DNA of 64,000 nucleotides from an uncultured Gammaproteobacteria bacterium (GTDB lineage: Bacteria > Patescibacteriota > Microgenomatia > UBA1406 > GWC2-37-13): assembly GCA_964435665.1 (NCBI GenBank), contig CAYSZW010000004.1, positions 16,284-80,283 on the forward strand, given 5' to 3'. The translations under genes and the position numbers were made by a program. The notes under the pieces are model-generated. The model had not been told where the DNA came from, did not search any database, and saw only the letters and a program-made list of their open reading frames with translations. This document shows, in pieces, positions 42,459-53,173 of the stretch (positions are counted from its first letter, which is position 1; each line of letters begins with the position of its first letter).

Positions 42459-45400
42459 AAGTCGTTTGGAATTGTGTGTAATATTTATTAATCAAAGTTT
42501 CTGTAACTGGAATTAATCTTCCAATTATAACATTCTCTTTCAGTCCTAGCAAGTAATCTACTTGTCCTTTGATTGCTGCTTTTGAAAGAACATTTGTTGT
42601 CTGTTCAAATGATGCAGCTGATAACCAAGAATCTGTATAAATTGCAGCTCTTGTTATACCAAAGATAGTTACTTTTCCGACTGATGGGTTACCACCGATT
42701 GCGAGTGCTTTTTTATTTTCTTCTTCAAAGCGAACACGAGATACAACTTCATTCTTTGTGAATGAGGTATCACCTTCATCTTCGATAATAACTTTGTCAC
42801 TCATTTTTCGAATAATAACTTCGAAATGTTTATCATGAATACCAATACCTTGAGATTCATATACATCTTGTATTTCGTTTAAGAGATACTGTTGTGCATA
42901 GTGAATACCTTTAATACTAAGTACATCATGAATATTTAAGTATCCTTCAGAAATTTGTGTTCCTGCTGGTACTAAATCTCCATCTTTAACTCTTAGTTTT
43001 TGAGTATTAGGAATACTAAATTCTTGAACAGCATCATCTTCATTTGTTGGATTAACTTTTACAACAAACATGTCACGTTCAGAATCTTCTGTAATGACTA
43101 CTTTACCTGCTGTTTCTGTAATAGGTGATACTACTTTTGGATTTCGTGTTTCAAAGAGTTCTTCTACACGAGGTAAACCTTGTGTTACGTCTGAGATAAC
43201 GATACCTCCGAAATGTCGGACACGCATAGTAAGCTGTGTACCTGGTTCACCAATAGATTGTGCTGCAAGTACTCCTGCTGGAACACCAATGTCAGCTAAT
43301 CCTTGTGTGGAAAGATCTATTCCGTAACATTTTTGACAGATACCTGTCTTTGACTTACAGAATAATGGTGATCTAACGACAAGTTGTGTAACATCACTTG
43401 CTTCAATGACTTTAATTTCATTTTCATCAAGTAATACATTTCCTTCAAATAATACTTTGCCTTTTTTATCTTTTACTTGTTCAAGTGAATATCTTCCAGC
43501 AATACGTGCGATCATTTTATCTCCACGATCTCCGGATGATGAAACTGTCAAACCTTCTGTGGTTCCACAATCTACTTCACGAACAATCATATCGTGTGCT
43601 ACGTCATGAAGTCTTCGTGTTAAGTAACCTGCATCTGCTGTTTTAAGAGCTGAGTCGGTTAAACCTTTACGTGCACCTCTTGCTGAGATTACATATTCAA
43701 AGATGTTTAATCCTTCACGATAATTAGATTTTGTTGGAACCTCAATAATTTTACCCATTGGGTCGACAACAAGTCCTTTAATAGCTGAAAGCTGTTTAAG
43801 TTGTTCTCGAGAAGCACGAGCTCCTCCAGATTTAATAATAATCTTGACTGGATTTTCTTCTGCGATTTCATCCCATGTAAGATCTGCTAACTTTTCAGTT
43901 GTATCAATCCACATTTTGTTTGAAATTCGTTTCTTTTCATCAAGAGTAAGAAGTCCTTGATTATAGTTTTCTTGAATCTTTGTTACTTCATTTTCTGTTT
44001 CATCAACAATTTCGTTTTTGTTAGCAATAATTTTACAATCAAAGATTGATACAGAAAGTCCACAAGAAACTGTAGCTCCCCAGAATCCAATATCTTTAAC
44101 TTTATCAATTAATGCTCCAACTTCTTCTTGTGATAAGAATTTAGTTGCTGCAACGATAAGTGCTTTAATATCTGATGCTTTTACATCTTCATTAACAAAC
44201 TGAAGTTCTTCAGGTAATGTGTTATTAAACATGATTCTACCTGTTGATGTGACAACAATTTCACCATTAATTCTTACAAGAATTGGCTGTCTAAGTGTAA
44301 TTCTTTGTAAATTAAAGTTACTAATTGCTTCATCTTTTGTTGCAAAGACTTTAAGATCTTGTTCAGATTCATATTTATAGTCTTTATCAAGAGTTGTAAT
44401 ATAGTACACACCAAGAGCCATTTCTTTGTTTGGCAACACAATTGGTGTCCCATCTGCTGGTTTCAATAAATTTCTATATGGAAGCATTCGAGCTTTTACT
44501 TCTGCAATAGATTCTTCTGAAAGTGGTACAAATACACCCATTGCGTCTCCATCGAAGTCGGCATTGTATCCTGCACAGACTGTTGGATGAAGTTTAATTG
44601 CACTTTCATCTGTCAAAACTGGATAGAATCCAAGAATTGAAAGTTTGTGAAGGGTAGGTGCACGGTTCAAAAGAACTGGGTGATTTTTTGTAATTTCTTC
44701 TAAGATATCGTAAATAATTGGTTCACGTTCTTCTAAGAAATTTTTTGCACTTTTAATGTTTGGTGCAAGTCCACGAATAATAATTTCATGTAATAAATGT
44801 GGTTTAAATAGCTCAAGAGCCATTTCTTTTGGAATTCCACATTGATCAATTTTAAGTTCAGATCCTACAATAATGGTTGAACGTCCAGAATAATCTACAC
44901 GTTTTCCAAGTAAGTTCTGTCGGAAACGACCCTGTTTTCCACGTAAAATATCAGAAAGAGATTTAAGTTTCTTTGCTGAACGACGAGTTTGAGATCGTCC
45001 ACGAGATTTCTGAAGATCAAGAAGTGAATCAACAGCTTCTTGAAGCATTCGTTTTTCGTTACGTAAAATAATTTCAGGTGCTCCAAGATCAATAAGTTGA
45101 GCTAAACGAATATTTCTATTAATAACTCTTCTATAAAGATCATTTAAATCTGAAGTTGCAAATTTTCCTCCTGGAAGTTGAACAACTGGTCTAAGATCTG
45201 GTGGTACAACTGGAAGTACAGAAACGAGCATCCATTGTGGAGAAATTTTACTCTTCATGAATGACTCAATAATTCTTACTTTTTTAAGTAATTTACTTCG
45301 TTTTTCACCTTTTGTTTTAGAAAGTTTACTCATTGTTCCGTTAAGTAGAGTTTTAAGATCTTGACTGGAAAGAAGTTCATGAATAACTTCTGCACCCATA

Positions 45401-46194
45401 CCTACTTTTACGAAACCTTCAAGTTCTTGATCTTTTAAGAACAGATAATCTTCTTCTTCGAGTGTATCAAAAGGTTTAAGACTTTTAACAACTTTTCCTA
45501 AACGTTCATAGATAGCAATATGTTGAGATTTTCTTTCAACAAATTTATCTGAAAGTCTTCGTAGATTTTCTCTTTCTTTTAAGTCAATTTCTTGAATTGC
45601 GAGTTCTTTTTGTTCTGCGCCAGAAATTTTCTTTTCAATATCTTCTCTTTGTTTTGTAAATTCTTTTGCAAGCTTCATTTTTTCTTGTTCATACCATTCT
45701 TCTTGTCTTGCTGCTTCTTCTTCACGCATTTTGTCTAAAGCATCTCCTACTTCTTTTTGTTTATCTTTATCGATATCCATAACAAGATAGAGAGCATAGT
45801 AAACAATTCTTTCAAGAGTTTGAGTTGGAATATCAAGAATAATACTTAATGGGGATGAAGCTCCTTTAAAGTACCAAATATGTGCAACTGGAGTTGCAAG
45901 TTTAATATGTCCCATGCGTTCACGACGAACAACAGAGGATGTAACTTCGACACCACAGCGATCACAGACTATACCTTTATATCTAATTCTTTTGTATTTT
46001 CCACAGTAACATTCGTAATCTTTAGTTGGTCCAAAGATACGTTCATCAAATAAACCGTCTTTTTCTGGTCTAAAGGTTCGATAGTTAATTGTCTCTGGTT
46101 TTGTTACTTCACCATGAGACCATTTCATTATGTCTTCTGGAGATGCAAGTCTTATTTTAAGACCTGAAAAATCCACTATTTGTAATTCGTCCAT
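42373..46194 (-). CDS. rpoC: DNA-directed RNA polymerase subunit beta-prime
   Basis: Zn-finger [20 protein letters not shown], catalytic NADFDGD and a trigger-loop/bridge-helix region. Its 3' end overlaps the first 86 nt of rpsL in another frame. Confidence 0.95.
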   Translation of the reverse strand: MDELQIVDFSGLKIRLASPEDIMKWSHGEVTKPETINYRTFRPEKDGLFDERIFGPTKDYECYCGKYKRIRYKGIVCDRCGVEVTSSVVRRERMGHIKLATPVAHIWYFKGASSPLSIILDIPTQTLERIVYYALYLVMDIDKDKQKEVGDALDKMREEEAARQEEWYEQEKMKLAKEFTKQREDIEKKISGAEQKELAIQEIDLKERENLRRLSDKFVERKSQHIAIYERLGKVVKSLKPFDTLEEEDYLFLKDQELEGFVKVGMGAEVIHELLSSQDLKTLLNGTMSKLSKTKGEKRSKLLKKVRIIESFMKSKISPQWMLVSVLPVVPPDLRPVVQLPGGKFATSDLNDLYRRVINRNIRLAQLIDLGAPEIILRNEKRMLQEAVDSLLDLQKSRGRSQTRRSAKKLKSLSDILRGKQGRFRQNLLGKRVDYSGRSTIIVGSELKIDQCGIPKEMALELFKPHLLHEIIIRGLAPNIKSAKNFLEEREPIIYDILEEITKNHPVLLNRAPTLHKLSILGFYPVLTDESAIKLHPTVCAGYNADFDGDAMGVFVPLSEESIAEVKARMLPYRNLLKPADGTPIVLPNKEMALGVYYITTLDKDYKYESEQDLKVFATKDEAISNFNLQRITLRQPILVRINGEIVVTSTGRIMFNNTLPEELQFVNEDVKASDIKALIVAATKFLSQEEVGALIDKVKDIGFWGATVSCGLSVSIFDCKIIANKNEIVDETENEVTKIQENYNQGLLTLDEKKRISNKMWIDTTEKLADLTWDEIAEENPVKIIIKSGGARASREQLKQLSAIKGLVVDPMGKIIEVPTKSNYREGLNIFEYVISARGARKGLTDSALKTADAGYLTRRLHDVAHDMIVREVDCGTTEGLTVSSSGDRGDKMIARIAGRYSLEQVKDKKGKVLFEGNVLLDENEIKVIEASDVTQLVVRSPLFCKSKTGICQKCYGIDLSTQGLADIGVPAGVLAAQSIGEPGTQLTMRVRHFGGIVISDVTQGLPRVEELFETRNPKVVSPITETAGKVVITEDSERDMFVVKVNPTNEDDAVQEFSIPNTQKLRVKDGDLVPAGTQISEGYLNIHDVLSIKGIHYAQQYLLNEIQDVYESQGIGIHDKHFEVIIRKMSDKVIIEDEGDTSFTKNEVVSRVRFEEENKKALAIGGNPSVGKVTIFGITRAAIYTDSWLSAASFEQTTNVLSKAAIKGQVDYLLGLKENVIIGRLIPVTETLINKYYTQFQTTYANNKSTSEDKTLEEGQEVQSVSTEGQL

Positions 46195-46199
46195 AGTTA

Positions 46200-49100
46200 T
46201 TATTCGATATAGTCAACTGATAATCCTAGTGCGTTAAGTTCTTTTACAAGTACGTTAAATGATTCTGGTACGCTTGATTGAGGAATATTAAGTCCTTTAA
46301 TAATTGCCTCAAATGTTTTCTGACGACCACGAACATCATCTGACTTAATAGTTAACATTTCTTGTAATGTTGATGGTACTCTGTGTGCTTCAAGTGCCCA
46401 GACTTCCATCTCTCCGAAACGCTGTCCACCCATTTGTGATTTTCCTCCAAGTGGTTGTTGTGTAACAAGTGAGTATGGTCCAACTGATCTTGCATGGAAT
46501 TTATCTTCAACCATGTGAATCAATTTCATGATGTAACCAATACCTACAAGAGCTGGTCTTTCAAAAGGTTGACCGGTTGCTCCATCGTAAAGTGTTACTT
46601 TACCATCTGTTGGGTATCCAAGTTTTTCCATTTCACTAAAGATAAAGTCTTCTTTAATGCGTTCAAATGTTGGAACTGTAATAAAGTTATTATTTTTAAG
46701 TGCGATCCATCCGAAAATTGTTTCAAACAACTGTCCTAAATTCATACGAGCAAGAATAGACAGTGGAGAAATAATGATATCTACTGGAGTTCCATCTTCA
46801 AGATATGGCATATCATGTTCTGGAAGAATCTTTGAGATAACACCTTTGTTTCCATGTCGACCTGCGAGCTTATCTCCAACTGTAATCTTTCGAAGTTGGG
46901 AAGTTCGGACTAAAATTCTTTCAATGATACTTGGTTCAAGTTCATTTGGATCTTTTTTAGCATTAATTGTGTCAATATTGACAACTGTTCCTCGATCTCC
47001 GTAAGGCATTTTAAGGGATGTATCTTTAACATCTTTTGCCTTTTCACCGAAGATTGCTCGAAGAAGTCGTTCTTCTGCTGTAAGTTCTCGTTCTCCTTTT
47101 GGAGCAACTTTACCTACTAATATGTCTCCACCTTTAACATGTGTTCCAAGAAGAACATTTCCATCTTTATCTAAGTTTTGAAGTACTTCTTCACGAACAT
47201 TAGGAAGATCTCTTGTTAATTCTTCTGGTCCAAGTTTTGTGTCAACGACATCAGCAACATATTCTTCTGAAGAAATAGATGTAAATACATCATCTTTCAA
47301 AAGACGTTCTGAAATGACAAATCCGTCTTCGTAACCTAAACCTTTTAAGGATGTATATGCAATAACTAAGTTTTGTCCTAGTGCAAGACGACCATGTTGA
47401 CTTGTAGGTCCATCAACTATAAGATCACCTTTTTTAAGTTTTTGTTTTGGTTCAACACGAGGTTTTTGATCGAAAGATACGTCGCGATTTGTTCGGACAT
47501 AACGTTCAAGTTTATATTCATGTTTTTTACCAGATTCACCTTTAAAGACAACTTTTTCACCGTCGACATAATCAACGACTCCGTCTTCTGGTGCGACAAT
47601 TGTGCGTCCAAGTTCTTTAGCAACAATTTCTTCCATACCTGTTCCAACAAATGGAGCTTGTGGCTTAATAAGAGGAACTGCTTGACATTGCATGTGACTT
47701 CCCATGAGAGCACGAGATGCATCATCGTTTTGAATAAATGGAATCATTGCTGCAGAAATACCAATTGCTTGTCGTGGTGAAACGTCAATATAATTAATTT
47801 TTTCTACAGGAACTTCTATAACTTCTCCTTTGTAACGAGCTACTACTGTATCTCCGTTAATAATACCTTTTTCATTAAGAGCTACGTTTGCAGAAGTAAT
47901 ATAATATTGTTCTTCATCATCTGCTTGTAAATAATCAACTTCATTGGTGACAGTTGCTACAACTTTAGTTCCTTTTTTATCAATTTTTACTTTTTTGTAT
48001 GGAGTTTCGAGGAATCCATATTCATTTGCGCGTGCATACAAAGCCATGTATGTAACGACACCGATGTTTGGACCTTCTGGTGATCTAATTGGATCAATTC
48101 TTCCATATTGTGAAGAAGCAATGTCTCGGATTGAGAACGATGCTCGTTGTTTTTCAATACCACCTGGTCCACCGACTGTAATTCTTCTTAAATTATCAAG
48201 TTCTGAAAGTGGATTTGTCTGATCAACGATTGTTGAAAGTTGACTTGTTTTATAGAAAATATTGATTGTTGCTATAAGTGGTTTGTTATTTAATACTTGT
48301 GAAGGAGTTGGATTTACATCACTTGTAATTAAACTCATTCTTTCTTTTACTTCTTTTTCGACACGAATCATTCCTGCACGAATTCCGTACATGCCGATGA
48401 GTTCACCGACTGTTCGAAGTCTTCGATTACCTAAATGATCAATATCATCAAAGTTACCTTGTCCTTTTGTTAAATTAACAAGATATTTAAGTCCAGCAAT
48501 AATATCTTCTTTAGTAAGAAGGTAATTTTCTGGAGTATTCTCAATTTTAAGTCCAAGTTTTTTATTAATCTTATAACGACCAACACTACTCATTGAATAT
48601 CTTTTTGCATCAAAGAATAATGAATTAAGTGTTTTATAAGCATTATCTAAAATAAGAGGTTCACCTGGTTTTACTTTTCGGTAAAATTCAAGTACAGCTT
48701 CATCTCTATTTGTTGTTCTGTCTTTTTTAAGAGTTGGAGCAATATATTTTTCAATTAATTCAGGATCTAAATCATTAAATTGAGACATAATATCTGTATT
48801 ACTCATATCTTCAAAGAGTTTGAGGAACACAGAAGCAAGCATTTTTCTTCTTTTATTTATTTTTACTTCGATAAGTCCATATTTATTAATAGTTACATCA
48901 ATCCATGAACCAATGTATGGTCGAATTTCTGCATTATAAAGTGTAAGACCAGTTGTCTTATCAATTTCTGCTGTAAAGTACATTCCAGGGGAACGTACAA
49001 TTTGTGAAATAACTGCTCTTTCAATACCATTAATAATAAATGTACCTTTATCTGTCATGATTGGCAGATTAAAGAAATATACATCTTGAGATTTACTTTT

Positions 49101-49400
49101 ACCTGTCTTTTTATTTTCAATAGATAAACGAAGATAAACAGGGAGATCATAAGTTAATTTTTTCTGAACACAAAGGTCTAAAGAATATCGTGGTTCTCCA
49201 AAAAAGAGATCTTCGAAATGGAGAGTTAATTTTTTCCCTGTGTAGTCTTCTATTGGGAAAAATTCTTGAACTATTTCCTTTAAATCTTTGTCTAAAAATC
49301 GTTGCCAGAACTGTCTTTGAATCTCGATGAGATCAAAATCTTTCATGTACTTTTCTTCAGTACCTAGTAATATTTGATTAGATGAGGATATAGCTGTCAT
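46200..49400 (-). CDS. rpoB: DNA-directed RNA polymerase subunit beta (short form, 1066 aa)
   Basis: Conserved blocks GRYKINKKLG, RRLRTVGEL, SQLSQF-like TSQLSTIVDQTNPL, GNKGVISKI and GEMEVWALEA. Confidence 0.95.
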   Translation of the reverse strand: MTAISSSNQILLGTEEKYMKDFDLIEIQRQFWQRFLDKDLKEIVQEFFPIEDYTGKKLTLHFEDLFFGEPRYSLDLCVQKKLTYDLPVYLRLSIENKKTGKSKSQDVYFFNLPIMTDKGTFIINGIERAVISQIVRSPGMYFTAEIDKTTGLTLYNAEIRPYIGSWIDVTINKYGLIEVKINKRRKMLASVFLKLFEDMSNTDIMSQFNDLDPELIEKYIAPTLKKDRTTNRDEAVLEFYRKVKPGEPLILDNAYKTLNSLFFDAKRYSMSSVGRYKINKKLGLKIENTPENYLLTKEDIIAGLKYLVNLTKGQGNFDDIDHLGNRRLRTVGELIGMYGIRAGMIRVEKEVKERMSLITSDVNPTPSQVLNNKPLIATINIFYKTSQLSTIVDQTNPLSELDNLRRITVGGPGGIEKQRASFSIRDIASSQYGRIDPIRSPEGPNIGVVTYMALYARANEYGFLETPYKKVKIDKKGTKVVATVTNEVDYLQADDEEQYYITSANVALNEKGIINGDTVVARYKGEVIEVPVEKINYIDVSPRQAIGISAAMIPFIQNDDASRALMGSHMQCQAVPLIKPQAPFVGTGMEEIVAKELGRTIVAPEDGVVDYVDGEKVVFKGESGKKHEYKLERYVRTNRDVSFDQKPRVEPKQKLKKGDLIVDGPTSQHGRLALGQNLVIAYTSLKGLGYEDGFVISERLLKDDVFTSISSEEYVADVVDTKLGPEELTRDLPNVREEVLQNLDKDGNVLLGTHVKGGDILVGKVAPKGERELTAEERLLRAIFGEKAKDVKDTSLKMPYGDRGTVVNIDTINAKKDPNELEPSIIERILVRTSQLRKITVGDKLAGRHGNKGVISKILPEHDMPYLEDGTPVDIIISPLSILARMNLGQLFETIFGWIALKNNNFITVPTFERIKEDFIFSEMEKLGYPTDGKVTLYDGATGQPFERPALVGIGYIMKLIHMVEDKFHARSVGPYSLVTQQPLGGKSQMGGQRFGEMEVWALEAHRVPSTLQEMLTIKSDDVRGRQKTFEAIIKGLNIPQSSVPESFNVLVKELNALGLSVDYIE

Positions 49401-49462
49401 TTGGGCGTTTTTTGAAGTTTTAACAAATAAAAATACTCCCTTTAGATCAGGGCGATTGCATA

Positions 49463-49491
49463 ACTATACTATATGACTATATAAAAGTCAA
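49463..49491 (-). promoter_or_regulatory. Putative rpoBC promoter TTGACT-17-TATAGT
   Basis: The reverse complement of 49486-49491 is TTGACT and of 49463-49468 is TATAGT, with a 17-nt spacer. This predicts a leader of ~55 nt. Confidence 0.45.
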
Positions 49492-49554
49492 CAAGAAATG
49501 ACTTTAAAAAGGATATTTTAAATGAAGATTTCTAAATGCATACGATTCTAATTT

Positions 49555-50301
49555 TTATTTAGGTAATCTTCTTAGTTGAATTAACGCATCTTGAGGAAAT
49601 GGTGGAGCAAAATTTTGAGCATATCCACCAGCTTTTTGAATTGATTCAGCAAGAGGAATAGCTTTTTCTACCTCAGCATAGTAGGCTTGGGTAGTTCTTA
49701 GAACAGCTTCTATGGTGGCTTTTTGAGTTGGCGTGACCTCATTCTTTCCACTTTTTATCTCTCCTGTTTTTATGCCAATATCAACTCCCCATAAACCTTT
49801 AATAAGAGAATCATCTCCACCATTCATAGGTGCTTGTAAACTAATATGTGGTTCATTCAATCCTTTTAATTCACTACCTTTTAAATCAGCATTAATTTTA
49901 TATTGGCCACCGACAAATAGACCTGTCCTTTGATATCTAACATCACCCGAATCATTACCAACAAATTGAAATGGCACTTTTGCTTCTTGAAGTTTAAAAA
50001 AACGTTCAAGAATATTTATAGATAATCCTTGCATTGAATTTTCAAAAATTTCTTCTTCTCCTGGAGTAGGATGTTCACCTAAAGCTTGAAGTTTTAGATA
50101 TTGAACAAATTCTAAGTCCGTTTTGAATTCTTTTGTATCTTCTATTTCTTGAATAACCGTTGTATCAACTTGAGTATTTAAAGTAGGTTCTCCCGATGGT
50201 TTGTCAGCAGTTCCACCATTTATCAATTGTGAAGGGACAGAAGGTAATTCTTGCTGAATATTAGGAAGGTTCAAAGAAGGATCAAAGTTAGTTTCTGACA
50301 T
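49555..50301 (-). CDS. Hypothetical protein (248 aa), no signal peptide or TM helix
   Basis: Clean ORF with no recognisable motif. It occupies the position where rplJ-rplL usually precede rpoB. Confidence 0.5.
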   Translation of the reverse strand: MSETNFDPSLNLPNIQQELPSVPSQLINGGTADKPSGEPTLNTQVDTTVIQEIEDTKEFKTDLEFVQYLKLQALGEHPTPGEEEIFENSMQGLSINILERFFKLQEAKVPFQFVGNDSGDVRYQRTGLFVGGQYKINADLKGSELKGLNEPHISLQAPMNGGDDSLIKGLWGVDIGIKTGEIKSGKNEVTPTQKATIEAVLRTTQAYYAEVEKAIPLAESIQKAGGYAQNFAPPFPQDALIQLRRLPK

Positions 50302-50338
50302 ACTTATTTATAAAGAAGTTTAGTTAGTAAGTCAATAT

Positions 50339-50563
50339 TTATTTATCTTTTGGTTTTTCCTGATCAGAAAGAATATTATTTTTTTGAAGCATCTCAAGTA
50401 TATTCTCAATATTATGTTCTAATGTTTCTGTGTTATCAAGCATCTTTTTTACAGTTTCACGACCACGTTTTGTGGTAAAAGCATAGAGTAGAGCTCCACC
50501 AACTACACCACCAAGTGCAAAACCTGACCAAAAATTATCAGAATGTTGTTTTTCTTTAGTCAT
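50339..50563 (-). CDS. YtxH-like small membrane-associated protein
   Basis: FWSGFALGGVVGGALLYAFTTKRGRETVKKM matches the YtxH glycine-zipper helix plus charged coil pattern. Confidence 0.55.
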   Translation of the reverse strand: MTKEKQHSDNFWSGFALGGVVGGALLYAFTTKRGRETVKKMLDNTETLEHNIENILEMLQKNNILSDQEKPKDK

Positions 50564-50807
50564 TTTTCTTTTTATATAAATCTACAATCTTCAAAATAGT
50601 TTTAAACCCATTTATAAAACCTGTTGCTTCTCCGAGTCCATGCTTAAGACCGATACCAATTGCATCAAACCCGTTGATAATTTTATTTGCATTATCAAGA
50701 GTTTTGCGCAAGGCTTTGAGCACAAGAAATAACTGAATTCCTACAACAGTTAACAAAACTGTGGTAATACTAAGCACGATTATCATTAAAATTTGAATTG
50801 TATCCAT
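50556..50807 (-). CDS. DUF948-like small protein (N-terminal TM plus coiled segment)
   Basis: Its architecture and its adjacency to a YtxH-like gene mirror the DUF948/YtxH pairing known from Firmicutes. Confidence 0.4.
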   Translation of the reverse strand: MDTIQILMIIVLSITTVLLTVVGIQLFLVLKALRKTLDNANKIINGFDAIGIGLKHGLGEATGFINGFKTILKIVDLYKKKND

Positions 50808-50850
50808 TTCTATAAGTGTATAGGAAAAATAAAAAAGTTAATAGAGGTAT

Positions 50851-51567
50851 TTACTGATTCTTACTTTTTTCTGCCCAATAATTATTTGCATCAAGTAAGC
50901 TATCAAATGTTCCTGCATCATGCCAAGAGCCATCCATAATACTTACTTTTAATTCTCCAAGATCTTTATATTTATTAATAAGATCAGGGATTTCTAATTC
51001 ACCACGAGCTGAAGGAGTTAATGTTTTTGCAAATTGTGAAGCACGATTGTCAAGAATATACATGCCGACCATTGCAAATTCACTTTTTGGTTCAGTAGGT
51101 TTTTCAACAATAGATAATACATTGTTATTATCATCAAATTCAATTACACCATATCGTTCAGGATCTGGTACTTTTTTTGCAAATACAACACCACCTTTAT
51201 CAAATTCTTTTATTGTTTGAGAAAAGTCTTGATCAAAAATATTGTCCCCAAGAATAAGAGCTACATCATCATTACCTATAAATTGTTCACCAAGAATAAA
51301 TGCATCAGGAAGTCCACGTGGTTCTTCTTGAATTTCATAAGTAAATTTTGCTCCAAATTCTTTACCAGTACCAAGAAGGTTAAGAAAATGTCCAGCATAA
51401 TCTGGTGCAATAATAATAAGTATATCTTTAATACCAGCTTTAGTAAGGGTTTCGATAGGATAAAAAATCATCGGTTTGTTATAAACAGGAAGAAGTTGTT
51501 TAGATGTAATTTTGGTTAATGGACGTAAACGAGTAGCTTTACCTCCAGCTAAAATGATTCCTTTCAT
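50851..51567 (-). CDS. rfbA: Glucose-1-phosphate thymidylyltransferase-like (short RmlA form)
   Basis: MKGIILAGGKATRLRPLTKITSKQLLPVYNKPMIFYPIETL closely follows the RmlA N-terminal consensus. Confidence 0.75.
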   Translation of the reverse strand: MKGIILAGGKATRLRPLTKITSKQLLPVYNKPMIFYPIETLTKAGIKDILIIIAPDYAGHFLNLLGTGKEFGAKFTYEIQEEPRGLPDAFILGEQFIGNDDVALILGDNIFDQDFSQTIKEFDKGGVVFAKKVPDPERYGVIEFDDNNNVLSIVEKPTEPKSEFAMVGMYILDNRASQFAKTLTPSARGELEIPDLINKYKDLGELKVSIMDGSWHDAGTFDSLLDANNYWAEKSKNQ

Positions 51568-51571
51568 AGTG

Positions 51572-51853
51572 TTATGGAAGAATAAGTATTTTTAGTAAAA
51601 ATAAAATTGTAAATCCAATGAGCACATATTCTAACACAATTTTAAATCTAAGGGTATTCTCAATTATGTGATGATAAATGCCCCAAATAATATAAAAAGA
51701 GATAAATGATAATAGAATAATAAATTCCAACAGTCTTTCACCTTTAAAAAGATTTAATGAAACAATAAAAAAAATTCCTGCAGTTGCAAACAATAAATAA
51801 TCAAACGTATGTTTATTTACTTCTTTTTTTATTAATTTGACTAAATGTTTCAT
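51572..51853 (-). CDS. Small 3-TM membrane protein
   Basis: 93 aa and hydrophobic, tightly packed in an operon. Confidence 0.4.
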   Translation of the reverse strand: MKHLVKLIKKEVNKHTFDYLLFATAGIFFIVSLNLFKGERLLEFIILLSFISFYIIWGIYHHIIENTLRFKIVLEYVLIGFTILFLLKILILP

Positions 51854-51855
51854 AT

Positions 51856-52749
51856 TTAAATAATTGATCCTTTAATAAGAATAAATGCACCCACTACTAT
51901 AAAACCAATAAACATTAAATGAACAAGATTTTTACCTTTTACTCTAATCAGATTAAGTTTCGCAGCAAAATAAAAGTCAAGTAATAAAGCTAAAAATAGG
52001 ACTGTAAAGAAAATAAGGTTAACATTAAAGTAGGTAGGTAAAAAAGAACGTTGTGTTGTGGATTCTTTTGCTAGTACAACAGGTTTTTGAGCTACTTCTT
52101 GAATTGGAGCAGCATTATCTTCAACAGCAACATTTGTATCTGGCTTTGTATCAGCAGTATTTTTTTCAGTAGATGGATACAGTGGTTTGCCAAACATCTG
52201 TACAACTAAAGTAGTTTCTTCTCCATTTAATACACCATTTACCACTGCAAAACCCACTTCGGTGTAGTCATTTCTTAAAAGATTTTCTTTGTGAGTAGGA
52301 GAATTCATCCAAGCTTCAACAATACCGTCACTAAATAAAAAGTTTTTAGCTAAATTTTCACCAGCATATTCATATTGGTAACCTGATTCTAGAATAAATT
52401 GCCATGGTGTTTCTCCTGCAGGACCATAATGAGACCAATAATTTTGTTCGAACATATTTTTTGCTTTTAGTTGTGCAGCTTTGGCAAGATCTTCGTTATA
52501 TTCTAAAGGAGGAATATTTTGTTTTTCGCGCTCAACATTGGTTAATTCATATAATTTTTCTACGGTTACATCTGTCGCATATCCCAAAATATCTCCACTC
52601 GTTTTTTGTAGATGTCCTACACTTGCCGTCAAAATAAGAGCTGCAACAAGATAAACAGTTAAAAAATCATGATGAAGTAATTTTGCTGTGTAATTATTAG
52701 TATGACGAGGAATAAAAAAATGATGCAGAGACTGTATTAATTGTTTCAT
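51856..52749 (-). CDS. CAP/SCP (PR-1/YkwD-like) domain protein with flanking TM helices
   Basis: YWSHYGP ... WMNSPTHKENLL ... VGFAV are CAP-domain signatures, with an N-terminal TM and two C-terminal TM helices. Confidence 0.65.
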   Translation of the reverse strand: MKQLIQSLHHFFIPRHTNNYTAKLLHHDFLTVYLVAALILTASVGHLQKTSGDILGYATDVTVEKLYELTNVEREKQNIPPLEYNEDLAKAAQLKAKNMFEQNYWSHYGPAGETPWQFILESGYQYEYAGENLAKNFLFSDGIVEAWMNSPTHKENLLRNDYTEVGFAVVNGVLNGEETTLVVQMFGKPLYPSTEKNTADTKPDTNVAVEDNAAPIQEVAQKPVVLAKESTTQRSFLPTYFNVNLIFFTVLFLALLLDFYFAAKLNLIRVKGKNLVHLMFIGFIVVGAFILIKGSII

Positions 52750-53144
52750 ATATAACGCTTCAATTTGTTCAGATACATTTTAGTATAACTAAACGCTAAT
52801 AGAATTCCAATAGTATCAATAAATATATCGCGTATTGCACCTTGTCTTGTAGGTACAAATGTCTGATGAAGTTCATCCGATACAGCGTATAAGATTGATG
52901 AAATTATGGCAATTGTAAATATTGATTGATTAGAAATTTTTTTTGTAAATGATTTAAAAGTCGCTCTAAATAGTAATATATATAAAATTGCATACTCAAT
53001 TACATGTAATGATTTAAAAATTAAAAAATTTTCTACTTCTGTATCTGCAAGTGAAATACGTTGTCGTGATGACATTACAAAAATAATGGTCATCCAAATT
53101 ATCGGAGGTAACCAATATAAAATAAAATGACGAATAGATTTCAT
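52746..53144 (-). CDS. VanZ-like family membrane protein
   Basis: SDELHQTFVPTRQGAIRDIFIDTIG is the VanZ signature, with 4 TM helices. Confidence 0.65.
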   Translation of the reverse strand: MKSIRHFILYWLPPIIWMTIIFVMSSRQRISLADTEVENFLIFKSLHVIEYAILYILLFRATFKSFTKKISNQSIFTIAIISSILYAVSDELHQTFVPTRQGAIRDIFIDTIGILLAFSYTKMYLNKLKRYI

Positions 53145-53173
53145 AAAATAATTAATTTCTCGAATACCAATAC

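Noticed and set aside
39508-49933. Many 60-130-aa ORFs inside or antisense to fusA, rpoC, rpoB and the 248-aa gene (for example 40792-41094, 43070-43327, 46657-47004, 47394-47780, 47944-48222)
   Set aside because: All lie within long, strongly conserved coding regions on the same or opposite strand, and none has a recognisable motif. I treat them as frame-shadow ORFs.
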